The position numbers were made by a program, and so were the translations under genes. The notes beneath the pieces are model-generated. The model made no database searches, was not told where the DNA came from, and worked only from the letters and a program-made list of their open reading frames with translations. This document shows positions 1-11,259 of a stretch of 64,000 bases of DNA, in pieces. The DNA comes from Octopus sinensis (lineage: Eukaryota), in assembly GCF_006345805.1 (NCBI RefSeq), contig NC_042999.1, positions 131,316,001 to 131,380,000 on the forward strand, given 5' to 3'. Position 1 is the first letter of the stretch. Every line of letters begins with the position of its first letter.

Positions 1-218
1 CAAACTTATGGAATTGCTTTGGACAGGCAAAGTATGAAATTGAGGATTTATTTATATAAAAATAAAGATTTGAAATTTGAAAGATAATATAACCCAACAA
101 GGTCACATTTGGCTGCCTATCTTTCTGCCTGCTTGTCTGTCTCCTTGTCTTCATTAGACCAAAAAATTAGCAGCAAAAATAAATACCCTGCAACCAGCAT
201 TAATTAATATTTATTATA

Positions 219-600
219 GGCACAGGCATGATTGTGAGGTTAAGAAGCTTGCTTTCCAACCACATGGTTTCGGGTTCAGTCCCACTATGTGGCACCTTAG
301 ACAAGCATCTTCTACTTCAGCTCCAGGTTAATCAATGCCTTGTAAGTGAGTTTGATAGATGGAAACTGTGCTGAAGTCCTTCGTGTGTGTGTGTGCATGC
401 ATGTGTGTGTGTGTGTATGTGCTTTGACCCCTACCCCCACTCCCACTGCCTGACAACCAGTATTGATCTGCTTACAGTGCCATTACTTAGTGGTTTAGCA
501 AAAGAAACAAAAAAAAAAAGTCCCAGACTTTAAAAACAAAGTATTGGGGTTGATTAGTTCAACTAAACTTTTCAAGATGACCACTTCCAATGACTGAAGT
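219..600 (+). mobile_element. tRNA-derived SINE family A (other copies at about 1412-1560+, 4262-4660-, 9960-10110-, 10875-11100-, 27310-27605-, 35240-35905-, 36790-37110-, 59530-59648+)
   Basis: A/B-box head GTGGTTAAGAAGC..GGTTCAGTCCCACT and shared body. Confidence 0.8.
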
Positions 601-1065
601 AAAATATTTATTATTAATAATTTAGAAATATTTGTATTTCCAAGAAACCTTTTATTTTGTTTGTGATTTCTGTACAATTTACTTACTTTGAACTACCAGT
701 TGGCTTTCAATCATGAGGTGGATCAAGAGGAGATACAAAGACATTCTCAAGACAACGTTGTATAAAGTGTAACTTAGAGCAGTCTACTAGGGAACGTTTT
801 GCTCAAGATCACTCAATGTGGTGTAGTGCTGTGTACTCTGGAGTACAGCACTCAGAATCAGAAATGATCAGAGAAACTAGAAAAAGGAAGACAACATGGA
901 AAGTAAGAGTCTCGCTGGGTCTTGATTCTGCTATTATATGACCCCACTGAAACAGTGGATTTCATGCCAATATTGGTGCAATAAGCCACCCCAGAACCCA
1001 CAAAGACTAAAGCTGCTAATCTAACCATCTTCAGAATCATGAAAACAAATATCAACATCACTTAC

Positions 1066-1234
1066 TTTTGTCTAAAAGCAAATGTTCCAGATATTCTTTG
1101 TCAATATGTAGTTCTTCCAGCAATTTCTTTGTAACTTTTGGGTCTCCAGAAGGTACTTTCCTCTGCCGAGTCTTCTTTTCTTCAACTTTCTGTATCATTT
1201 TACGACGTCCTTCCCTGTGAGGTTTCTTATTTTT
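1066..1234 (-). CDS. TTC25: TTC25 coding exon 5; gene continues left of the window
   Basis: cttcag| KNKKPHREG...KVTKKLLEELHIDKEYLEHLLLDK |gtaagt; 169 nt, phase 0-1; matches TTC25 LLGELYVDKEYLEKLLLD. Confidence 0.92.
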
Positions 1235-1674
1235 CTGAAGTTTAAAACAAAACAATGTACAGTGTTACACAAATTGTGATAGAATTTATTCATATTTTGT
1301 AAATACAAAGCAAAAGAAAAACAAAACAACCTGACAGATGAGACTCATAGTCTGGAACAAAATAATGCTTTCCTGCCTAAGAGATTAGCCTCTCCTTAAA
1401 AATATTCTTTAGGCTATGTGGTTAAGAAGCTCACTTTACAACCACATGGTTTCAGGTTCTGTCCCACTATGTGGCACCTTATGCAAGTGTCTTTTACTAT
1501 AGCTCTGGGCTGATCAATGCCTTGTGAGTGAATTTGAAAGATAGAAATCATGTGAAACACACACATATATATGTAAAACTTTATGTATGTATATCTGTAT
1601 CATATATATATGTGCATGCATGTGTGTATGTATTAGATTTGTCCTTCTTGTATCTGAAGATAACCAGATTATCA

Positions 1675-2160
1675 GTTTTAGTCTTTGTGGGTCCTGAGGT
1701 GGATTTTTAGGCCAATTTTGGCAAGAAATCCATAGTTACAATGGAGGCTTATAACAGCAGAATCCAGATCAAGTGGAGCCCTTGCTTTCCATCCAGCCCT
1801 TCTCTCTTTAGCTTCTCCAGTCATATCAGGTACAAAGCACTGTACTCCAATGTACATGACCCTATTCCTCGGTGAGCAATCCTGAGCAAGTTGATCCCTA
1901 GTACATTGCTCTAAACTACACTTTTTCAAAGATGTCTTGAGCTTGCCTTTGTATTTCTTCTTTAGTCCACCACATGACCAAGAGCCAACTGGTAGTTCAC
2001 CATAGAAAATCTGTTTGGGGAATCTGGAAGTGGGCATGCAAGCTACATGTCCACTCCATTACAAATGAAATCTGCTTAAGAAAGCATACATGCTTGACAT
2101 ATTATCTCTCTTGAATATGGTTGAACTGGGAATTTTATTCTGCCACCTGATTTTTCACAG
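1675..2160 (-). mobile_element. RTE-clade LINE 3' fragment
   Basis: KIRWQNKIP..WSGHVACMPTSRFPKQIFYGEL..KYKGKLKTSLK..IGLKIHLRTH. Confidence 0.85.
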
Positions 2161-2229
2161 TTATGTTTGGTGAATTTTGCCAGATTGCCACCTTAACAAT
2201 AACCAATATTGAAAGTAGTAGTTTTTTAA

Positions 2230-2337
2230 CTCGATAAAGAAGTGATTTACACCTGCTCACAATTCCAAACAAATCTAAGCACTTGATGATCCACAAATTA
2301 TATCATAAACTTTGCGATAGTCAATCCAGGCCATTCC
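2230..2337 (-). mobile_element. R4/Dong-like non-LTR RT fragment
   Basis: MAWIDYRKVYD then frameshift to WIIKCLDLFGI. Confidence 0.6.
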
Positions 2338-3546
2338 CTAAAATTACCCTGGACCCTTTGTCAGATTGAGTTTATACTGGTTTCAAATTTTGGCACAAGA
2401 CCAGAAAATTGAGAGGGAGGAGGTAAGTCAATTACGTTGACCCTAGTGTTCAACTGGTACTTATTTTATCAACCCTGAAAGGGTGAAAGGCAAAGTCAAC
2501 CCCAGTGGAATTTGAGCCCAGAACGTTTTGAATTAATCATGTATTATCTTATAGTTTCAATATTTCGATGATGTGATTGTTTATTTTTAGAATGACATTG
2601 TAGGGTAGGTGGGAAAGTCCAGATCAGGCAGAAGATTTGGGTCAGATATGGTCAGTTTAAATGTTAAAGGGTAAAAGTTTTAAAAATGTACTTTTATGTC
2701 TAGAGATCTTGCTTAGATCAACTGTGGCTTTCATTCTTCAAGGGATGATAAAATACTTAAATTTTTTATACTCCTTCCACAAAATGTGTGACCCCCCCCC
2801 CATCCCTCTCTAAGTCAGAAATAAATATACCCTCATCTATTTCTATTCTTTAATAAATCAACAACATAACATATATGTCATTGCTTGACTTGTTAGAAAT
2901 ATTAGCCAAATTTCTATCAAATCACATCGCATGATAATTACAAAATGGAAAAAAGGACACACTCCATAATATAGAACAAGATACTGCTAGAAAGACAGAA
3001 TAGAGTCATGGCTTGAATACCTTTAACCTGTTGGGAGAGAATTCAGTTGGAACTAAACTACAACTGTTTACAATATTATTAAAAAAATCACAACACTTGA
3101 TAAAATATAATACCAGTCACATTCTAGGGTAAATTATAACTGTGTACAGAAACCCTTATATTTCTATTCCTTAAAACTTCTTACAGCAACAGCAACACAG
3201 TGTTTAATGGATATCATCCTCACAATCATCTTTTTAGCATCCACTTTTCCTATTAGCATGAATCAGACAGAATTTTGTTGAGGCAAATTTTCTAGGGCTA
3301 GATGCCCTTCTTGTCACCAACCCTAACCTATTTCTAAGCAAAAGCAAGGTAATGCTTCTAAACCAGTATATGTGCTAATTAATTCAAATTTCAGGAAATA
3401 TTCAGTAACACATGGATGTATGATGAAAGATTTCCAGACAATGGACATAAGATAAAATGAGCACAATAAAAAACGAGTGAAGAACGAATATATAGTGTGT
3501 GTGTTTATTTGGCAAATAACAATATCAAGTGAACATTTTTCATTAC

Positions 3547-3611
3547 CTCTTCTTGGTGTCTCTCAAACAAGGAAAGATCTCCTTCAGCCAGCAGCTTCAC
3601 ACTGTTGAAAC
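3547..3611 (-). CDS. TTC25: TTC25 coding exon 4
   Basis: attcag| (S)FNSVKLLAEGDLSLFERHQEE |gtaatg; 65 nt, phase 1-0; resembles TTC25 SIKLENKGDLSF. Confidence 0.9.
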
Positions 3612-3889
3612 CTGAATAAGAGAGTCATCTTTATTTTTTAGTAATATAACCATAAGAACATGTGTGTTTCTATGAGTGTATCTCTTTACTGAAAGACACG
3701 TAAATGAAATAGATGGTCATCATTGAATACAATAGACAACAAATGAAATATACACATGTAGAAATATATATATATATATATATATATATCATCATCATCA
3801 TCATCGTTTAATATATATATATATAAGAATTTTTTGCGTAATGAGATAAAAAACCAAGGCTGTGTAGATATTAGAACATTTATAGATAG

Positions 3890-3938
3890 GTCTTACAGCT
3901 GTTTCCAGGATATTTATTAATATCCCTTCATCAGAGAC
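3890..3938 (-). ncRNA. Minimal type-I hammerhead ribozyme motif (Penelope-type)
   Basis: GTCT-CTGATGA-AGGGATATTAATAAATATCCTG-GAAAC-AGCT-GTA-AGAC: intact core, stem I GTCT/AGAC, stem II GGATAT/ATATCC, palindromic stem III. Confidence 0.8.
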
Positions 3939-3970
3939 GATGTGAGAAGGTGGTTAAGTCCTCTCACACC

Positions 3971-4022
3971 GTCTCCGATGAAGGGATATAATTAATAAAT
4001 ATCCTGGAAACAGCTGTAACAC
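3971..4022 (+). ncRNA. Degenerate hammerhead, opposite arm of the same fold-back
   Basis: GTCT-CCGATGA-...-GAAAC-AGCT-GTA-ACAC; core U>C change and broken stem I. Confidence 0.6.
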
Positions 4023-4659
4023 CTTCTAATATCTACACAGCCTTGGTTTTTTATCTCATTATGCAAAAAAAATCATAAATACACACGCTGACATAGAACC
4101 AACGTTGAACCCCTTATTCGCAAAATTACCGAATATGGAACTTAACTATGGTCTGTCTATAGCACTTATTCAGCATTACCTGACACCTTTGGGTCTCAAT
4201 GACACCATTATCTCTTATATATATTCTCACACATATATGCATACACACATACATACCTCTTACCATTTATCTTTCACTTGTTTCAGTCATTAGACTGCAA
4301 CCATGCAGGGGCACTGCCTTGAAGAGTTTTTAGTCAAACAAATCAACCCTAGTATTTTTTTTTTAACCTAGTACTTATTCAATCAGTCTCATTTGCTGAA
4401 CTGCTAAGTTTCAGGGATGTAAACACACCAACACCAGTTGTCAAGCAGTAGTGGGGGACAAACATAGGCACAAAAAACAGTCCCCCCCACACACACACAA
4501 ACAACAGGCTTCTTTCAGTTTCCATCTACCAAATTCACTCACAAGGCTTTGGTTGGCCCAATGTTATTGCAGTAGACACTTACCCAACATGCTACGCAGT
4601 GGGACTGAACCTGGAACCATGTTGTTGGGAAACAGAATTATCACACAGCCAAGCCAGCG

Positions 4660-4705
<46 letters not shown>

Positions 4706-4795
4706 ATATTAATAATAATAATAATAATAATAATACAACAAAAGAATGAATGATACCTCAATATCATGTAAAATAGAAGAATTTATCAATAAATA

Positions 4796-4982
4796 TAATA
4801 TTTGACAATTAGTTCGTTGTCATAATAAAACTCAGAGTTTCAGATTCTGGGGCTGAAGTCTGTTCCGGCATCTCATCAGTTCTTTCTTGGTAGTTCCGCT
4901 GATAAGATGCCAGAGCAGACTTCAGCCCTGGCATCCGAAACTCTGAGTTTTATTATGACAACCAACTAATTGTCACATATTT
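4796..4982. mobile_element. Fold-back cassette, HHR-like core in each arm
   Basis: Arms of about 83 bp; CTGATAA-GATGCCAG..CTGGCATC-CGAAAC on plus, CTGATGA..TGAAAC on minus. Confidence 0.65.
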
Positions 4983-4984
4983 TC

Positions 4985-5363
4985 AAAATTGAACCAATCC
5001 TATGACTGGCACCCGGCAGATGCCAGGACCCCTGGACTGGTGGTACGTAAAAAGCACTATCTGAATCGTGGCCGATGCCAGCGCCGCCTCGACTGGCTTC
5101 CGTGCCGGTGGCACGTAAAATGCACCAATCCGACCGTGGCTGTTGCCAGCCTCGCCTGGCACCTGTGCGGGTGGCACGTAAAAAGCACCCACTACACTCA
5201 CGGAGTGGTTGGCATTAGGAAGAGCATCCAGCTGTAGAAACATTGCCAGATAAGACTGGAGACTGGTGCAACTTTCTGGCTTCCTAGATCCCCGGTTGAA
5301 CCGTCCAACCCATGCTAGCATGGAGAACGGACGTTAAACGATGATGATGATGATGATGGTGAT
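4985..5363 (+). mobile_element. GC-rich retroposon with (GAT)n tail (RTE-type 3' end); copies at 13642-13982, 34756-34953 and 60461-60601
   Basis: Internal GGTGGCACGTAAAA repeats; ends CATGCTAGCATGGA..GGACGTTAAA(CGAT)GATGAT. Confidence 0.8.
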
Positions 5364-5966
5364 GATATATATATACATATATATATATATATACACATAT
5401 ATACATACATGTGTGTAGAAATATATGTTTGTGCATAGATGTATGTATAAACATTTGTGGAGAATATCTACTATAATAATACTCTTGTGTATTTCTCCGT
5501 CACAACATATGAATGAGGAAGGAAGGATTGATGGCAATTCTATGTGAAAAAAAAATTGAACAACATTTCAATGCTGTGTATGTGTGTGCCTGTACAAGGG
5601 AAGCATGTGAACATTTGAATGGATCGATGTCACATCTCAAAAAACAACCACTAGATAGCATTGAGAAGCATATTAATTTGAATTACCATTCATTTTCTAT
5701 CTTTTGTCCTTATTTATATATAAAATTATCTATATATAAAATACTACAATCAGCTGTCATTTTTGATGGTGCAGGGCTAGCTAGTATTATATATATTTAG
5801 ACAAATAGACCATTAAATCCATACTGTAGTCTCATATGTCACCTGTTTGAGTCAACTGAAAACTAAATACCTACTCAGATACCTACATGAAACTGAAGTA
5901 TAGGTTTACTGGTGGAGAGAAAAAGTAAAAAAAGCATTTAAAAAAATCACAGTAAGTAGTACATAC

Positions 5967-6120
5967 TTCCAATACTGTTATTAATAGCTTCTTGTGCCTT
6001 GCTAATACCAAGAAGAAACTCTTGTAATTCTGGTCTGAGTTTATTCCCACGGTGGAAGTACACAAGAGCTGTTTCAAAATCTCCCAGCTGGTAAAGTGCT
6101 TCAGCTTTCCGAAGTATGGC
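5967..6120 (-). CDS. TTC25: TTC25 coding exon 3 (not in ORF track frame)
   Basis: ttgtag| AILRKAEALYQLGDFETALVYFHRGNKLRPELQEFLLGISKAQEAINNSIG |gtatgt; 154 nt, phase 0-1; matches TTC25 KAETLY.MGDFEFALVFYHRG.KLRP...KAQEAINNS. Confidence 0.95.
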
Positions 6121-6164
6121 CTACAATCAAAATGATCTTATTTCAAAAATATATAAATATAGTG

Positions 6165-6230
<66 letters not shown>

Positions 6231-6400
6231 ATATATATACATACTGTTCTTAAATGGCTAATATTACTCTTCTGTTAAGTAATTATTTCCATTTCAAAAC
6301 ATAATCTCCAGCCAAATCACTTGTAAAAGAAGTACAATTTGATATATATATATATATATAATATATATATATATATATTATATATATATATATATATAAA

Positions 6401-6523
<123 letters not shown>

Positions 6524-6552
6524 TATAAATTAGGGTATCTGAGAGATACCAC

Positions 6553-6732
6553 CATGCTGAAAATAGCAGTCAAAACCTGACTCTAAAACCACATTAAATG
6601 TTCATATAGTACTAGGAGAGAGATAGTAAAATTTTTTTGCTAGTTTATTTTGTCTCTTTGTCTTCTCTCCTAGTGCTATATGAACATTTAATGTGGTTTT
6701 ATAGTCAGGTTTTGACTGCTATTTTCAGCGTG
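6553..6732. repeat. Inverted repeat (about 70 bp arms), no HHR seen
   Basis: catgctgaaaatagcagtcaaaacctgact... versus ...agtcaggttttgactgctattttcagcgtg. Confidence 0.8.
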
Positions 6733-6769
6733 ATGAAAATAGCAGTCAAAACAATCTCCATGACTTTCT

Positions 6770-7340
6770 GTGTCAAGTGCTGCTTCCTGAACTTCTTTAA
6801 AAAAGAGATGTGAAGCCATGGCATGGACTAAGATTTTGTTTCTAGATTATAAAGATATGGCCACATTTCAAGCCCTGTCACCACATCAGGAAAAAAACCC
6901 CATCTTCATTGTCTTCAAATGCTTCCAGCAGATCAGAGCAGACTTCCACCTTTCTCTCCTTCAAATTGAATACCAACTGCTGAGATACCCACTCTACAAA
7001 CAGTCTCTGATACCCAAAGTCTTTCATCATCTTTTGTAACACATTGTGACCGATGTCCAGATGTGCCTCAATTCACAGGTTCTGACACACTTGTCTGCAC
7101 AAATCATTTCATTGAATCACTAGTGATACAGGTCAATGATTCTAGTTGATGGCTTCCCAATGCATAATTTGTCATCAATGCTGGTTATCTTTTCTTTAAA
7201 CTCCATCTATCTGTGCACATTGCTCTTGTCAATAGCCTCATTTCTGTTAACAACCAGTAACCTTCTGTGGACAGCCTGTACCTTTCCTTCATCAAGAGCT
7301 GAACAACAGCACACTGTTCCTGCTCGGAACAATGTGACAT
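6770..7340 (-). mobile_element. Decayed mariner transposase fragment
   Basis: WVSQQL(=WVPxxL)..KERKVEVCSDLLEAFE..VVTGLEMW(=VTGDETW); stops and frameshifts. Confidence 0.75.
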
Positions 7341-7625
7341 TATTTGCGTGCTATGAAGAAAAACAGGAAGAAAAATCACTCAAGAAGAAGAGCTACTTTA
7401 CCAACCTGTGCAATTTGAACAAGCTATGTCATTTGCAACTAATTTTTGCATCACTTTCGGCCCTCATGTGTGTGTGTGTATATGTGTGTTGTGTATATGT
7501 GTGTTGTGTATGTGTGCGTTTGTTTTGTGTGTGTGTGTGTGCACGCAATTTTGTTTATAACCCTTTTACTAGTTTCAGCCATCAAGCTGTGGATAATAAT
7601 AAAAATAAATAAATAAATTACTTAC

Positions 7626-7757
7626 AGGAATAAAGTCGTTTCCTTGTAACAATGCCATTTCAGCATCTTTCAAGGCATTCTGGGCATCCCCAAGTTGTAA
7701 GCTGCATTTGGATCTTGTTACCAGACACTGCTTATCACCTTCATTCAATTCCAGAGC
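7626..7757 (-). CDS. TTC25: TTC25 coding exon 2
   Basis: tttcag| ALELNEGDKQCLVTRSKCSLQLGDAQNALKDAEMALLQGNDFIP |gtaagt; 132 nt, phase 0-0; resembles TTC25 CLVARSKCFLKMG..ALKDAE. Confidence 0.92.
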
Positions 7758-8963
7758 CTGAAACAATATGAAACCTTGTTATTGATTTCTTTTAAGTACA
7801 TGTAACATATTTATAACATATATTTCATTGGAATGAGAACTGTGGTGCTTAAGCTTCTTCCTTATGTTTAACACTTTGGACCAAGTGAAATAGCTTCAAT
7901 TGGAAATTGAGCCTGCAAAGCCAAACTGGTTTGCTAGCAAGGAGCTACATATATCCTGCTCACATTAGACATAGAAAGCAATACACACACACACACACAT
8001 ACATACACACATATATATGCATATACGTATGTATGTATATACATATATATTTATATTTCGTATAAACACACATTTCGTAGACTACGACTTCCACCCCACC
8101 CAACCCCAGTTTTCCGGACCAAAAAAGGGGTTTTGTGGCATATTAGGAGGCCACCGTAAGTCATTCAACGCAAAAGAAACAAGCAGCTTCCAATGATTTT
8201 GGGAAGGGGAGGGGTGAAATTTCCAAGAATTCCACCCCACCCATCCGGACAAACATGTGTTTTGTAGTATATTAGGTCACCGTAATTCATTCAACGAAAA
8301 AAAAAAAATTTCAGTAATGTCAGGATGGCAGGGATCCGGTTTCCCCGTCCTTTTTTTTTTTTTTTTTGCGAACAAAGATAACGGGTTTGCAGCACATTAG
8401 GAGGTCAGGGTTCTTGATTCCATGCAAAAAGTCCGAGCTTTTTTTTTTCTTAGTGAAACGTGTGCAGGTGTACTTCGGGTGCGCACACATACATACTGAC
8501 ATCACAATTTTTCCAAGTTTCATTTTTAAATGTATATGTGATATGGGTTAGTATGTATGTCTGCGTACCCACCATTCGATTATCGTAACAACTTTTATGG
8601 AAATTAAGAAACAAAATCAACTCATGTGAATTATTCGAAATTCCCCACCGCTACCTTCGAAAACTCAAGTAATTGTAATCTATACAATCTGAAATGCCTT
8701 TGTACAAAATTTAATTAAAAATATCTCTTTTTCTGAAAGTTAGGAGGAAACAAAGTTGGCAGGAGGGGAGCACACTTATGTAGTTATGCCTACATTTGTG
8801 TCATATTCTGCAATTAATCGTTATATATAGAGAATAGGAGAATATTGTATTTGCCAGAGGACACTGAGGGAGAGAGGTGTCAACCGATTAACCAAACAAA
8901 CAAGCAACAAAAACCGATGTGGGTAGGTATCTTTTCAGCCTTAGCGCTACGATATATATTTAC

Positions 8964-9125
8964 CTTAGTGAAACTCTCGATAGCTTTCTTGTATTGACCA
9001 ACATGCATGAAATGGAACCCGTCATCTCTTCGAGATTCGAACGTCACTGGAATTACAATCGATTCGCTATCCACTTCACTGTCGTCATCTTTGTCTCGTC
9101 TGTTTTTCGTGCGATTTCCAAGCAT
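8964..9125 (-). CDS. TTC25: TTC25/ODAD4 (TPR protein, outer dynein arm docking) coding exon 1
   Basis: ATG at 9125; MLGNRTK...GFHFMHVGQYKKAIESFTK, 54 codons; ends AAG|gtaaat (phase 0); start of a TPR helix. Confidence 0.85.
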
Positions 9126-9364
9126 GACGGCAAAAAAAGTACCTGTTGAATTCCCGCCCAGATATTTCGTTTAGAGAAGTTGCTGTTGTTTTGTTTTGTT
9201 GCTTTTTTTTTTTCCTGCTTGTTTAGTGTTTTCTTAAAACTCTGCAGATTTTTTTCCTTGTCTCTTCTTGTGGATCCTTTATTGTAATTATTACTTTATT
9301 TATTCCCCTTTATGTGGGAACACATAAAACATCGAAAATGAAAGCGCAACGATAAGTAAAATAA

Positions 9365-9388
9365 ACTTCCGTTACTAGGATAAACAAA
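9365..9388. promoter_or_regulatory. Putative TTC25 promoter module: ETS-like ACTTCCG, X-box-like GTTACTAGGATAAAC and overlapping forkhead ATAAACAAA
   Basis: Motifs about 250 bp upstream of the ATG; RFX and FOXJ1 are established regulators of motile-cilia genes. Confidence 0.5.
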
Positions 9389-9461
9389 GGCTCGCTCCTG
9401 AACTAATATGATCTCCTCCCTGACAACTTATCAGTAGCGGGTGGGGGTGGAGGTACATACA

Positions 9462-9940
9462 ACTCTCTGTCTTTCTCTCTCTATCTCTATCTCTCTGTCT
9501 CTCTCTTTCATTCTCCTTCTCGCTGTCTCTCTTTCTCTTTCCTTCTCTCTCTGTCTCTCTCTTTCCTTCTCTCTCTCTATGTTTCCTTCTCTCCCTCTTT
9601 CTGTCTGTTTCTTTCTTTCCTTCTCTCCCTTTGTCTCTCTTTTTACTTCTCTCTCCCTCTGTCTCCCTCTTTCCTTCTCTCTCTCTATGTTTCCTTCTCT
9701 CCCTTTCTTACTCTCTGTCCTTCTCTCCCTCTTTCTGTCTGTTTCTTTCTTTCCTTCTCTCTCTGTCTCTCTCTCTTTTCTTCTCTCCTTCTCTCTGTCT
9801 GTCTCTCTCTTTCCTTCTCTCTCTCTATGTTTCCTTCTCTCCCTCTTTCTGTCTGTTTCTTTCTTTCCTTCTCTCGCAGTCTCTCTCTCTTTTCTTATCT
9901 GCCTTTATTTCTCTCTCTTTCCTTCTCTCCCTCTCTTTCC
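9462..9940. repeat. CT-rich homopyrimidine tract
   Basis: About 480 bp of degenerate TTTCCTTCTCTCCCTC/CTGTCT units. Confidence 0.95.
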
Positions 9941-10200
9941 CAAGCTGGTGGACAGCGGCACCCCTTGACGTGTTTTAATCGAATAAATTGACCCAAGTAC
10001 GTATCTCAAGCCTGTCATTTATTCAATCGTTAAACTTTTACAGGACTGTTAGGTTATGAGGACGTGAAGAAACAAACACATGTTGTCAAGCGGCTGTGGG
10101 GAGATAAACAAAGATGCGCACGCGCATGCAACACGCTTGCACGCAAGCACATACATACATACGAGCATGTCTAGGATATGCAAGTATATGCGTGAATAAT

Positions 10201-10865
10201 CACACATACATACATACATACATACATACATACATACATACATACATACATACATACATACATACATACATACATACATACATACATACATACATGTATG
10301 TATGTATGTATGTATGTATAACTGGCACTTCATCGGTAATGATGATGAGTGTTCCACACGATCCGATCAAAGGAACAGCCTGCTCATGAGATTGATGTGC
10401 AAAGTGGCTGATATTCCACAGATATGCATACCCTTAAAATAGTTCTCAGGGAGATTCGGCATGACACAGAATGTGACAAGACTGACCCTTTGAATTACAA
10501 GTATTACTCAGTTTGCCGGCTAGGTGGACTGGAGCAACATGAATAAAGTATCTTGCTCAAGGACACAGCGTGTTGCCAGGAATCTTCACTCATGACCTTA
10601 TGATCATGAGCTGAATACCCTAACCACTAAGCCATGCACATTCACACATACACACACATCCACACGCATACACACACACACACACACACATACATACATG
10701 CATACATGCATACAAACACACATACATACATACATACATACATACATACATACATACATGCATGCATGCATACATACATACATACATACATACATACATA
10801 CATACATACATACATACATACTGTCAGACAAACAAGCAGAGACAGACAGACAGATAGACAGACAA
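10201..10865. repeat. (CATA)n microsatellites flanking a SINE; (TA)n blocks also at 6172-6518, (GA)n at 22461-22529
   Basis: Direct reading. Confidence 0.95.
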
Positions 10866-11259
10866 ACTGATTCTTTTATTCTTATACATGTTTCAGTCAT
10901 TTGACTGTGGCCATGCTGGAGCACTGCCTTAAAGGGTTTTTTGTAGTCAAAGAAGTTGACCCCAGGACTTATTTTTTGTAAGCTTATTTTATTAGTCTCT
11001 TTTTACCGACCTGCTAATTTACAGAGACATAAACACACCAACATCGGTTGTCAAGTGATAGTAGGGTACAGACATAGACACAAAGACACACACACTCACA
11101 CATATATATATATATATCACGTGATCACGTGACCGACCAGACCATCAGATGTTGCTACACATCGCTGGTCACAATGCATTCGCATTGTTTTTTAGCCTTC
11201 GAATGACGCCACCCCGCTGGCTAAGCAAGCAGGCCAATATATATACACGCATATAATTG

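Larger units (their letters stand above)
3828..4073. mobile_element. Fold-back (inverted) Penelope pLTR-like cassette with an HHR in each arm
   Basis: Arms of about 115 bp are reverse complements; starts at (TA)n. Confidence 0.75.

Noticed and set aside
858-1061. ORF adjoining TTC25 exon 5 as next exon
   Set aside because: Begins inside the donor region and has no TTC25-like sequence
7136-7612. 158 aa plus-strand ORF
   Set aside because: Antisense of a mariner relic running into (TG)n
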